Source: Lepidodermella squamata | Lineage: Eukaryota > Animalia > Gastrotricha | NCBI GenBank assembly: GCA_047495785.1 | Contig: JBLDXI010000020.1 | Coordinates: 1,922,001 to 1,986,000, forward strand | DNA: 64,000 nucleotides | Direction of reading: 5' to 3' | Part shown: in pieces, positions 50,613 to 60,792 of the stretch | How the letters are laid out: every line of letters begins with the position of its first letter | Position numbering within the stretch: position 1 is the stretch's first letter | Notes under the pieces: model-generated | The model's input: only the letters and a program-made list of their open reading frames with translations | Databases searched by the model: none | Told to the model about the DNA's origin: nothing | Made by a program: the position numbers and the translations under genes

Positions 50613-51229
50613 TTAATGGAACCCAATCAGATCTTCATGTGCTGGGTTCTTGATTACTTTTGAAGGTTCCCACTGCGGCTGGTTTTTCGGGGTAACTTCA
50701 TCACTGAGTTGGTTCTTAATAGCATGGGCTGACAGGTTTTGGGCTCGTGAGGATTTGCACCACCACGTCATTGTTCAATTTAGGGTGGTCGTGATGGCTC
50801 TCGTGCTTGGTGCAAACGGCGAGTCCAACCTATAAAGGGATTCGGTTTACAACAATTCGAAATTTCCAACTGCTAAAACTTGCGAAAACGAATGTGATAT
50901 TGGCGATCTGATGCGGCATTTTTCTTAGGAGACGAGTGTAAAATATTATGTTGAATCTTCTATAATGACATTCGTAAGGCGAATTTTTTTAGCTAACGAG
51001 CTGCTCGCACGCCTCAAAAATTTTAACAGCTGCGACGGCGATATAGGCGAGAGGAAAAACCCCTTCTTGAATTTTTACAAATTCCGCAATTTTGCGGCTT
51101 TACTCAGCCCTTTTTTGAAGAAAATATTGTGAATAATAAAAGGATCGGTTAGGTAAAATCTGCCTGAAATTTTCCAACTGCTCAAACTTATACCAAAATG
51201 ATTGCAATGATGGCGATCTGACGCAGCAT
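50613..51229 (-). CDS. Family B locus with duplicated first exon and probable frameshift
   Basis: First exons at 51229-51194 (MLRQIAIIAIIL, GT donor) and 50919-50884 (degenerate, GC donor). Exon 2 from 50829 VGLAVC-TKHESHHDHPK... stops at 50716; a shifted frame continues to EDLIGFH* at 50613. Confidence 0.55.
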
Positions 51230-51586
51230 TTCTTCACAAGCTCAAAGACCGAAGAGACGACAGTAAAATATGATGAATTATGGTAATAAAATAAAAAAGG
51301 ATCTTCTATAAGCGACATTTTTTTCTAATGAGGTGCCCACGCCTCAAAAATTTTAACAGCTGATGTAGTCAAGAGGAAAAGAACATGCAAATTGGACAAT
51401 TTTTTAGCTCTACACCCCGTCGGATCTCTTATTTCCCAAGTTTTCACGCTTAGTCACAGCGTGTTGGCTATCGCCCTAGGTAAATATGAAAAAATTGAAT
51501 TATAAATATTTTTTTGTTTTATTAATGACATTGTTACAACAGAAAATTTAAATATTAAGAAAATTTCATTTTTAAGATCAAGCTGA

Positions 51587-54500
51587 TTATTTGTCTGCTG
51601 CATCATTTTTCGTGAAAATGTCAAAAGGCGTGTCGTCGGCGAGCATGATTAAATACAGGAATAAATTGACCATGCCCGACAAAATTCCGAACGTGACCAG
51701 AAAAATGCGATCGAGAATTCTCGCAATTTCCATCCAATACTTCTGGTACTTGTGTTTACGCTCGTGCCGATTCTCAGCCGCCGTGTCACAGATCAACTGA
51801 TTCGAATCGTCATTGCCCTCCTTATCGCTTTCGGACGTGCTTGAACTGGCAGAATGCAGCCCGAGCTCATAGCCCGGCTCGTTATTGGCGTACTTCTGCC
51901 GTCTTTCATCGAAAGACTGGGCAAGGGTCGAGTGGCCGTCGGTGATGAAAACACCCGATCGCCGATGGCGCTGGTGACACGGGTCGCTGCTATGCGTGAA
52001 GTCCGAATACATGACCTGCTCGTCATTCACGGTCATGCATCGTTGATTATTATGATGATGATGATGATGATGTTGGGTTGGCTTCACGTTTTCGTAAGTT
52101 GAGGTCGGAGGCGAGGTTGGGTCGATGAACGAGCGTCGCTGGGCTCCGAAAACAGGCGACGGCTTCTTTTCGACGTTTTGAATTTTCGGACGACCCACCA
52201 GTTCACCCTCGCAGATTCGCTGGTCGAGCAGGGCCTGTTTGAAGCTTTTCACAACTCGTTCGTTGCCGTAGTTCTGAAGTAGCCAGCTCAGACATCCTGG
52301 AATCGCGTTAGGCTTGATCTGAAAATTTAATATAAACACAATTTTTTCGCCACAATTCCAACTTCCAAATCTTTATCAAGACGAATGTAATTTTTTTTAA
52401 ATAAAAAACAGCTGATTTTCTTAATTTTTCTGTTATTAATTTCTCGAAATTCGAACAAACTTTAAAGCGAAATTTAAATTTCAAAGCTGCATATGCAAAT
52501 GAGCATCTGAAATAATCATAGAGAAATAATCTATGGAAATAATTTTCCGAGGCTCAAGGCTCTAAGACATATTTCGCCAAAATGTCTCGAAATTCACGAA
52601 AAAAGCAAGAGTTACTTTGTTTACTTTCAGTTCAATTTTCAGAATTTTTCGAGCAAAGCTAATTCAAACAATAAAAAAATGTTGTTGTCTCAACTTCAAC
52701 CATACAGCGTGTCCCTTAAGTTCCGCAATTAGCAATTTTTGTAGGAAATTGAACTTTCGATTTTTAAATTCTTTTTGAAGGAAATCTTTCGAAATTAGCC
52801 GTATTCCGGGAAAATCTTCCATTTTTACCTGTGATTTGCCAAAAAAATTAAAATTTACCGGAGGATACCCGAAAAATCCCGATGGTAACTGGTTCGGTAA
52901 TTTTACGATATTTTACCTGGGACCATTTTTTCCGGATTTTGAGATACTTGGTTACTATTCTCATATGAAGATTTTTTGGCCTCTCACTTCAGCGTTTCAT
53001 CTTTAAATTTATCCTTTAAATTTAAATTTTCAAATTTTGTATTGATTTTAGAAAGATGCAATTTCGATCAAATTTAAGTTGAAAAAATTATTTCGAAAAA
53101 AATTACGTTTCGATGAGCTAGATAAGTCACAGCGACGGCCATGACCAAAGCAACGACAACTTCAATCATTGTTGTCACGACAATCATTCCTAAAATCAAA
53201 ATTCAATTAGGGTTATATTTTACGACGAATTTTATCATAAATACCTATAGCTGGTAGCATATCAGCGGTCGGAGGTAGCATTTCGTTCACAAACATCATG
53301 AAAACAACCAGAGACAGCAAAACAGTGACTTCCATATTAACCTTGTCACCACTCTCGAGCGGCAACAAAAAGCCCAAAAACGATAGAATATAGAACAGCA
53401 AACACGGGTAGATGAGGTTCAAAACGTAGAATTGCGATCGGCGTCGCAGAAAAATCGTGAAAGTCACGTCTGGGAACGTGTCATTCGGGCAGCATTCGTA
53501 ATTTACAACATTTCTCGAGACATTTATCTTGTCGACGAACCACTCTTGGTTACGTGGGTTGTAGTAGACGGCGTTGTTGTCCTTCGGATCGGGCTTCAAG
53601 TCAACCTGCCGGCCTGAATACGTCCAGCTGATTAGAACTATTTTACACTTTTGGCAATCGAATGGGAAGAAGAAGACTTGGAAGATGCATTGGCTTTTCA
53701 GAAGAATCGGAAACATCCATAGAACATCGCCGTTTGGCGACACGATTGTGTTAGTTGAGACATAGCCATTTGTCGCCTCGGCTGAATTTGCGAAAACAAT
53801 GTCTGGTACCCAGATTCTTTCGGCTGGAACTGAAATTGTAAAGGGATACACTAGTCAACTATCATTTGATTTGGTATTTATTGTCATGTATCGGTAAGTT
53901 GGACCACCCGCTGGGAGTTAGTTGGACCGATTTCTCAGGAATTTTCGCATACCTGTTGTCAATAGGAAAAGGAATAGGAATAGGAATAGGAATAGGAATA
54001 GGAATAGGAATAGGAAGATTGTTGCTTTCGGTCGATGAATAGGGTAACATTTCTTTGAGCCTGAATTCAGGTAAAAATTCGAAAGTCAGTGAATCAGGAT
54101 ACTCACAGGGCCCTAGTTGAAAACATTCCATGAGCTATAAACTCTATTATTTTGTATCACCCAATCTGGGCGATTGTTTTTCTGGTTACCTCAAAAAGGA
54201 GTTTCTATAAGTTTCAGGTCTACATATGCATCTTAGATTCCCCACACATAGTTTATATTCTAAGGAAATTGGTCATCAAGTTAAACTAACTGTAAAGAGA
54301 TTTGATTGTGTTCGACTTCCATCGCAAAAAGTTGTCCTTCCACCTTAACCGAACTGATAGCAGCGTTGAAATCGTGTGAAATTTCTCGTTCGTGTCCAAA
54401 ATGTTGTAGAGAGAAAAACCGACTCGAACCTGTAACAAATCACTAAAACCATGACATCATATTTTTGACAAAATATCCCACCTGAACAGCGACATTATCA

Positions 54501-55340
54501 TCGGAAACCGGCCGACTCGTTCGGTCGTAGTAGGTCAATAGGATATTTTTTATATCACTCTCGGACGCATTATCGTGGAAAGCTATTGGAAAAAAAAATT
54601 CAATTTTAATTTAAAAAAAACGGGAAAAATTATTGAATCCTACTTAAAACACCGCCGTCTTGAGTGAAATTTTCGAATGTAGTTTTCGTCCATCGACTCT
54701 GAGGCGGCTGGCTGTACCAGCGGTATTGGGACATATTCGGCGTTGCACTAACATCGACTTTGCCCGATATTTCCGGGGCAAGATTAGCCAGTTGCGGCGG
54801 CGGCGGTCCAGCGAACGGATTATCAGAACCAGGTTGAACTTTGATTTCGAAATCTGGAGCAACCAGCTTTTCAAACGACTGAACAACCGGCGCTACCGAT
54901 GGCTCATCCTCAGCCGCCTCCTCCTCTTCTTCCTGCGGCTCATCGGTCCCTGTCGTTTCTTCAGACACTTCAGTTGTCTCAGGAGCAGACGTTGTCGTAG
55001 TCGTCGTCGTCGTTTTCCGCGAAGATCGGCTCCTGCTAGGCGGCAAAGTCGTGAATCTCGACCCGGTCGTAGTCGCGACGCGTTTCTGAGTCGTCGAGGC
55101 GCTGATAACGTTCTTCGAACCGGAAAATTTCCCGGAATTTACGGCGATTCTCGATTCATTTTTAACGCTGCTAGTAGCTGCAACTGGTTTCGACGAAATT
55201 TTAACAGTACCCTGGCTTGGCTTTCTCGCGGTCGACGTTCGAGGCGTTGTTGACCCAATAACGCCCTTTCGACTCACAGCCGAGTCGATTGAGGCGAAGA
55301 TTAGCAGGCCGAAAATCACGAGGCGATGCGCTAACATCAT
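51587..55340 (-). CDS. Nicotinic acetylcholine receptor-like alpha subunit with long Ser/Thr-rich N-terminal extension
   Basis: Signal peptide, about 200-aa S/T/acidic stalk, YYDRTSRPV, IWVPDI, Cys-loop CIFQVFFFPFDCQKC, SWTY, YECCPND, M1-M3, M4 after WMEIARILDRIFL. Confidence 0.93.
53969..54015. repeat. (GGAATA)n microsatellite in intron
   Basis: About 7 tandem hexamers. Confidence 0.95.
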
Positions 55341-55985
55341 TTTATCATTATTGCCTCATTTTCCAGGTTAATTTATAGGAGGAAAAAATACTGCGCACGT
55401 GTTTTTCGCCTTGTTAAATTAGCATATTTTCTACAAGTAGGAAAAATTCGCTAAAGTGCGCGCTCAAAATTATTAAGGAGGAATTTTTATTCGCAGGAAT
55501 AATAAAATAATAAGTGATGGCTATTAGAGCGCCATTCACCTAATCCATTGGCAGAATAGTTTTTCAATGTAAAATAAGGGCCGTTTCATTATAAGATATC
55601 GATGGATATTGGCAAAACCAGTCGAGCTTATCCGTAGCAGCGCAGCCACTTAGGCATTCTTTAATCAGCATAAAAGCTAATATTTACGCGCTCGCCAACA
55701 CCGTCTGCACTGGCACTGGTAGTAGTCGTAGTGGTGGTGGTAAGATGATCAGAATCATTAGAATTGCCTAGAACACTTTAATAGCAATAGAAGTATGTGC
55801 GATTGTGCTGCTGCTGCTGGTTGTGGTGGCTCTGTAGAAAAAATATATAATATATCAGCGGAAATGTGTGTAAACACTTTTTACTAATAATTCATCGCCT
55901 TCTTCATTCTTCCCTCTGATTTCAATCGCGCTGCATTTATTTATTTATTTCCTATAGTCTGTTGGTTCAACGATGACGGTAGGGC

Positions 55986-56719
55986 ATAATATAGGCTATA
56001 CTACTAATTAATTTCGCCTCATTAAACTCTCCGGTCAACTCAATTATCGCAATATAAAACAGACAAATTCAAATTTATTCACAGAAATGCATATAAAAGT
56101 CTAAACTAAGAGCGAAATAAAAATATTTTTCGGCCGGATCGTTTGCTTGGGATTGCTCGCGCGAAAATCGAGGACGCTCCAAGATCGGCTCCAGGATCAG
56201 CCTGCGGGACGTAGCCGTCGTCCTCCTCGCTGACTCTTATAGGCAAAGATTTCTCCGAATTGTCTTCATAGTCTTCGTATTCCATGTCATCATAAGAGCA
56301 GTAAGCGGGATGAATTGCAATGAACGAGAACAAAAATAAAACCGTTAATAAAATGGAAAAATGCATTTTTTTCGACAAAAACCTTCGCAAAAAACTGGCT
56401 AAAGTGACCTTGAAATGAGAGTGCCAGCGATGTCTAAACTTCAGGTGACCACGCATTATTAAAACTATACCCGCGAGAGTCATAAAAACGTAGAAAAACA
56501 GGGATATTGGGGAACTGTCCACCTGTAAATGAAACCTCGGGAGAGGTAATGACGGTAGCCTTTTCTTAATTTTATGCATAGGTACAAAGTAATTGAAAAA
56601 GGGATGGCTCTTCTGAAGCCCACTGAAATTTTCAAAAAGAATGGTCAGGAGTCAGGAAAATTACCCAGAAAGGCTGGTGACCAAAATTTTCTCTAAATTT
56701 ATTTTATTTTTCAAAAAAA
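55986..56719 (+). repeat. Direct duplication, identical by eye to 63267-64000
   Basis: Constant offset of 7281; identical ORF translations at 56106 and 63387; second copy runs to the window end. Confidence 0.95.
56106..56366 (-). CDS. Secreted acidic Tyr-rich peptide, family E
   Basis: Internal Met MHFSILLTVLFLFSFIAIHPAYC forms a signal peptide, followed by SYDDMEYEDYEDN...VSEEDDGYVPQAD...PSKRSGRKIFLFRS*. Confidence 0.75.
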   Translation of the reverse strand: MHFSILLTVLFLFSFIAIHPAYCSYDDMEYEDYEDNSEKSLPIRVSEEDDGYVPQADPGADLGASSIFARAIPSKRSGRKIFLFRS

Positions 56720-56759
56720 AAACGATCACAATTTTGCCGAATTTTGAGCAGCGGAGTTA

Positions 56760-56996
56760 TTATACATTGCCTTTGAAGATGTTTCTGAAGCGATTGCGCG
56801 GATTGTTAGGGGCGAAAATTGAAAATATTCCGAAGTCGACACCTGTATCGGCTTGTGGCACGTAGCCATCATCTTCCTCACTTACAGCGACAGGCTTCAA
56901 ACTGTTGTTGTTGACGTCGTCTTCGTAGCTAGGGTCATCGTCGTAATAATATTCCGAATCATCTTCCTTATCATCAGCAGCCGAAATTAGGTAGTA
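56760..56996 (-). pseudogene. Family E paralogue, 5' end cut off by the retroelement junction
   Basis: YYLISAADDKEDDSEYYYDDDPSYEDD...VSEEDDGYVPQADTGVDFGIFSIFAPNNPRNRFRNIFKGNV*; no start codon before pol sequence begins. Confidence 0.8.
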
Positions 56997-56998
56997 GT

Positions 56999-59900
56999 TT
57001 GTTGAGCGAATTCAAGGATTGTTTCGCGCGCCATAGGCTGGATATCGGCCTGTGCGATGCCCTTGAGTTCAAGGTCAAGGTCGAAGGCCCGCCGTTCATT
57101 CAGCCGCTTCGGCGTCAGTCACATCATGAGAGGGAAATGGTTGAGAAAGAAATACAAGACTGGGTTAAACACGGCATTGCTGAGCCGGCCGCTACGCCGT
57201 ATAGTAGCTGCCTCCTTGCCCTGAGGAAAAAGGATGGTTCACTGCGCCTAGCCCATGATTTTCGCCGCCTAAATAGCATGACTGTCAATGACGGCTCACA
57301 CCCAATACCGCAAATTTGGAGCCAGTTTGATTTATTGTCGAAAGCACGCATTTTCTCAGCTATTGATATAAATCAGGCTTATTTTCACATGAAAGTGTCC
57401 GAAGATTCAAAGCAATATTTAGGGTTCAGATCATCCCAAGGGTCCTGGACCATGAATAGAATGCCTTTCGGTGCTCAGACCGCCCCGGCCTATTGGAACC
57501 GTCTGCTCACGTTCTGCATGACTGGTTTACTGGGCCGCATCGTCGCCACTTATTTCGACGATATTCTAGTTTTCAGCCCGAATAAAGAACAACATTTTCG
57601 TGATCTCCGCGTCGTGCTTGAGCGCATGCGTAAGATGAACTTGAAAATTAAGGGTTCGAAATGCCAACTTTTTCGTCGCTCCATCACCTATCTTGGCCAC
57701 ACTATTAGCCAGGATGGTTTATCTATCTTTCGGGACCGAGTTTCGAAGGTCCAGAATTTTCCCGTCCCTACGACGGTTAGCGAACTTCGAGCTTTTACCT
57801 CGTTAGCCGGATATTATCGGCGGTTTATCAAGAATTTTGCGATGATCGCGGCTCCGTTATACGAGCTACAACGTAAGAACAACTTTCACTGGAATAAGGA
57901 TGCCGAGAACGCTTTTAATGAGCTCAAAAAGGCGTTGATCTCGCCGCCTTGTTTGGCCTTTCCTCAGTTTGACAAGAAATTTATTTTATCGACTGATGCG
58001 TCGGGGTCCGGTCTCGGCTACGTTCTCGAACAAGACCAGGACGACGGTACCCGGCGCCCAGTCGCTTTCGGTTCTCGAAATCTGACTAAGGCCGAGCGCA
58101 ATTATTCTAGTTGTGAACGAGAGGTTCTTGCCGTCCTGTACGGGCTAAAGCAGGTTAAGCCTTACATCTCGCCGGGTTTGAATTCGATTACCACCGACGT
58201 CATTACCGACGCCGCTGCTCTTCGTACTTTGAACACCTGGAAGGACACCGGAGGTCGGTTGTCCAACTACCTGATGATCCTACAACAATATCCGCTGAAT
58301 ATAATAACGCGCCGAGGTTCGACTCATGCGAATGCCGATGCGATGTCGCGTATGCCTGATCGAGCTACGCCACTCCCGGCCGGCATCAACGCTATGACGT
58401 CCGACCTTACTTTCGATGACGACGTTGTTGTCGACGAGAACGCGTACCACGAGGGCGACCCGTTCCGCTCCCTCACGCCGTGTGGCGTTAACTTGACTCG
58501 CGATGTTTTGATTTCGGCGCAAGCCGCCGATCGTCGTTGTCGCTCCAAGAAACGCCGCCTTCGTCACAATCAGAAGCAGCGTAGCAAATATTTCATAGCG
58601 CCTGATGGCTTGTTATGTCGCTACTACCCTGCCTCTGAATCGGGTTACCAGATCGTCGTACCTGAGAGTCTCATCGTCACCGTGCTTCACGCTATGCATG
58701 ACGAGAAATGTCATTTCGGCGTTGCACGCACCCTATCCACCTTAAAAGATCGATTCTATTTCCGCAATTACGAGGAAATTACTGCTGAATACGTCAAATC
58801 ATGCGCGGTGTGCCAAATTCGTGATCACCCTGTCAAACATCCGCGTGCTCCGATGGAGCCCATCTTTTCGCGTGACGTGAATGAGCTTCTCACCTGGGAC
58901 GTAGCCGGTCCATACCCTACGTCTCGTCGTGGAATGCGCTATATTCTCATCATTTCCGATCATTTCAGTGGCTTCACACTGTGGGAGCCCATTCCAGATA
59001 TTAAGTCCGAAACCGTGATTGAGAAATTGCTCGACTGGATCTACATTTTCGGTAGCCCGCGTGCTTTGCTCAATGACAACGCCCGCTACTTCATCTCCAA
59101 GCTCATCGAGGACGTGACTGATGCGTTTGCGATTCGTCGTATTAAAAGCTCCGCCTATCACCAGCAGACTAACGGCCATTGCGAACACTTGAATTTAGTC
59201 ATGAATAACTGCATCGCGAAATACGTCGTGCCCGGCCAGCACCTCGACTGGTGCCGCTTCGTCAAGGCCTGCTGCTCCGGCTACAATTCGTCTCACCATT
59301 CGACTCATCGCCACCCACCAGCATATCTTATGCTAGGTCACATGCCCAAGTTGGCTATGGACTGGCAGTGCTCCGCCGAGAAGCCTGCATCCCAGCCCAA
59401 GACTCAGAACGAGTTGCGTGAAAATCATGCTTACGGCTTGTATGACAAACTCCGTCGCGCTTTCGACGACGTTCGAACTCGTTTCCAACTCGCGCGTGCT
59501 CGTGAGAAAGAGCGCTATGATCGCAGTTCAGGAAATTGCGAGCCGTTCGATATCGGCGATCTTGTCTACCTCCACGTGCCAAGTAACCGGCCCGATGTGA
59601 TACCGAAATTCGCATCTCGCTACAAGGGCCCGTATTCCGTCGTGGCTCGAGTTTCGCCCGTTACTTACGCTATTCGCTTCTTTGACCTGTCCGGTCGTGA
59701 TATTCTTGCCCATCGCAACCGCCTCAAGTTGGCCTGGTTGCGCGACTTCCCCACGGCTGATCGCTATTCGCAAGCGCAACAGTCGGCCCGTTCGTCGGCG
59801 AAGAGCGCTACAAAGTTGGCTGCGCCGCCCGGCGCTGCGGCGCCTGCGTCGACTGCGCCGCGACCGCCCGCCGCCGCTGCGTCGCCGTTACCTGATCTTC

Positions 59901-60712
59901 GCCAGACGCTTAGCCGCCAGGTTGTTCATGAGCCAACCCGTGACGACAATTTCACGACGGGTGGGTACATACTCCGTAGTTCGAAAAGGCCGACCTCGGC
60001 CAGTTCGGGTACTACAACGGCGACTTCTACAAGTACAACACCGACTACAACGACCGCAAGTACAACGCCGTCAACCGCGACGTCGGCGACTACGACGCCA
60101 ACAACGCCACCGGTACCGCGACGACGTACCCCAAGCACGTCAGAATTGCCTGAAACACCGCCCAGAATGCCTTCACCGCCAATAATAACTGGGCCAGCAC
60201 CGTCTACCTCAGACGAAGATAATCGCCATTCATCCATGTCAGCACCGTCAAACATCGACCATTTCAGTCCAATAATAACGTCAACACCAGCCCACAAATT
60301 TCGAATGCAAAACACTGGCCATTTGACAGCATCGCCAGGATTCCACCGACGACCAACACCATTCCAGTTCGGCATGGACTTGGTTAGCCTTGTACCACCT
60401 GTCCAACCGCAATCGGTGGCCCCGCAACACCGTCCAGCCTCGTCACCCGAGAAAAATCAATCAAGCGTGACGACGCCTGAAAAGTCCTCTACTAGCGTCA
60501 CCTCCGACAGAAACTACTCGCTCAATAAGTCAGATCTTGACGCTACGGTCGTACATCAGCCGTATAACCTTCGCACGCGAGTAACTTTCGCCAACCCCGT
60601 CGTTCAAACATCGCCGAAATCCGGCAAGGCACACACTCGAAGAACACAAATCACCAAAATTTCGAGAAAGAAACAATCGTCAAACAATACAGATTCTTCT
60701 CCTACTGTATAG
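56999..60712 (+). CDS. pol: Pol (RT, RNase H, integrase), N-terminally truncated
   Basis: DFRRLN, MPFG, YFDD, TDAS...EREVLAV, HHCC (HDEKCH...CAVC), D-D-E (WDVAGP, NDNA, GHCE); about 320-aa S/T/P-rich tail. Confidence 0.95.
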   Translation: MLSEFKDCFARHRLDIGLCDALEFKVKVEGPPFIQPLRRQSHHEREMVEKEIQDWVKHGIAEPAATPYSSCLLALRKKDGSLRLAHDFRRLNSMTVNDGSHPIPQIWSQFDLLSKARIFSAIDINQAYFHMKVSEDSKQYLGFRSSQGSWTMNRMPFGAQTAPAYWNRLLTFCMTGLLGRIVATYFDDILVFSPNKEQHFRDLRVVLERMRKMNLKIKGSKCQLFRRSITYLGHTISQDGLSIFRDRVSKVQNFPVPTTVSELRAFTSLAGYYRRFIKNFAMIAAPLYELQRKNNFHWNKDAENAFNELKKALISPPCLAFPQFDKKFILSTDASGSGLGYVLEQDQDDGTRRPVAFGSRNLTKAERNYSSCEREVLAVLYGLKQVKPYISPGLNSITTDVITDAAALRTLNTWKDTGGRLSNYLMILQQYPLNIITRRGSTHANADAMSRMPDRATPLPAGINAMTSDLTFDDDVVVDENAYHEGDPFRSLTPCGVNLTRDVLISAQAADRRCRSKKRRLRHNQKQRSKYFIAPDGLLCRYYPASESGYQIVVPESLIVTVLHAMHDEKCHFGVARTLSTLKDRFYFRNYEEITAEYVKSCAVCQIRDHPVKHPRAPMEPIFSRDVNELLTWDVAGPYPTSRRGMRYILIISDHFSGFTLWEPIPDIKSETVIEKLLDWIYIFGSPRALLNDNARYFISKLIEDVTDAFAIRRIKSSAYHQQTNGHCEHLNLVMNNCIAKYVVPGQHLDWCRFVKACCSGYNSSHHSTHRHPPAYLMLGHMPKLAMDWQCSAEKPASQPKTQNELRENHAYGLYDKLRRAFDDVRTRFQLARAREKERYDRSSGNCEPFDIGDLVYLHVPSNRPDVIPKFASRYKGPYSVVARVSPVTYAIRFFDLSGRDILAHRNRLKLAWLRDFPTADRYSQAQQSARSSAKSATKLAAPPGAAAPASTAPRPPAAAASPLPDLRQTLSRQVVHEPTRDDNFTTGGYILRSSKRPTSASSGTTTATSTSTTPTTTTASTTPSTATSATTTPTTPPVPRRRTPSTSELPETPPRMPSPPIITGPAPSTSDEDNRHSSMSAPSNIDHFSPIITSTPAHKFRMQNTGHLTASPGFHRRPTPFQFGMDLVSLVPPVQPQSVAPQHRPASSPEKNQSSVTTPEKSSTSVTSDRNYSLNKSDLDATVVHQPYNLRTRVTFANPVVQTSPKSGKAHTRRTQITKISRKKQSSNNTDSSPTV

Positions 60713-60792
60713 ATTTTATTTGAGCGAAAATTTACTCAACCATTTATTCGAACTGTAAATATTTCTTGATATTTACTCATTAACGAATCTCG

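Noticed and set aside
53862-54131. ORF with IPIPIP repeat
   Set aside because: Translation of an intronic microsatellite.
56367-56579. N-terminal 71 aa of the 157-aa ORF
   Set aside because: The internal Met at 56366 gives a clean signal peptide; the upstream part is probably a chance open frame.
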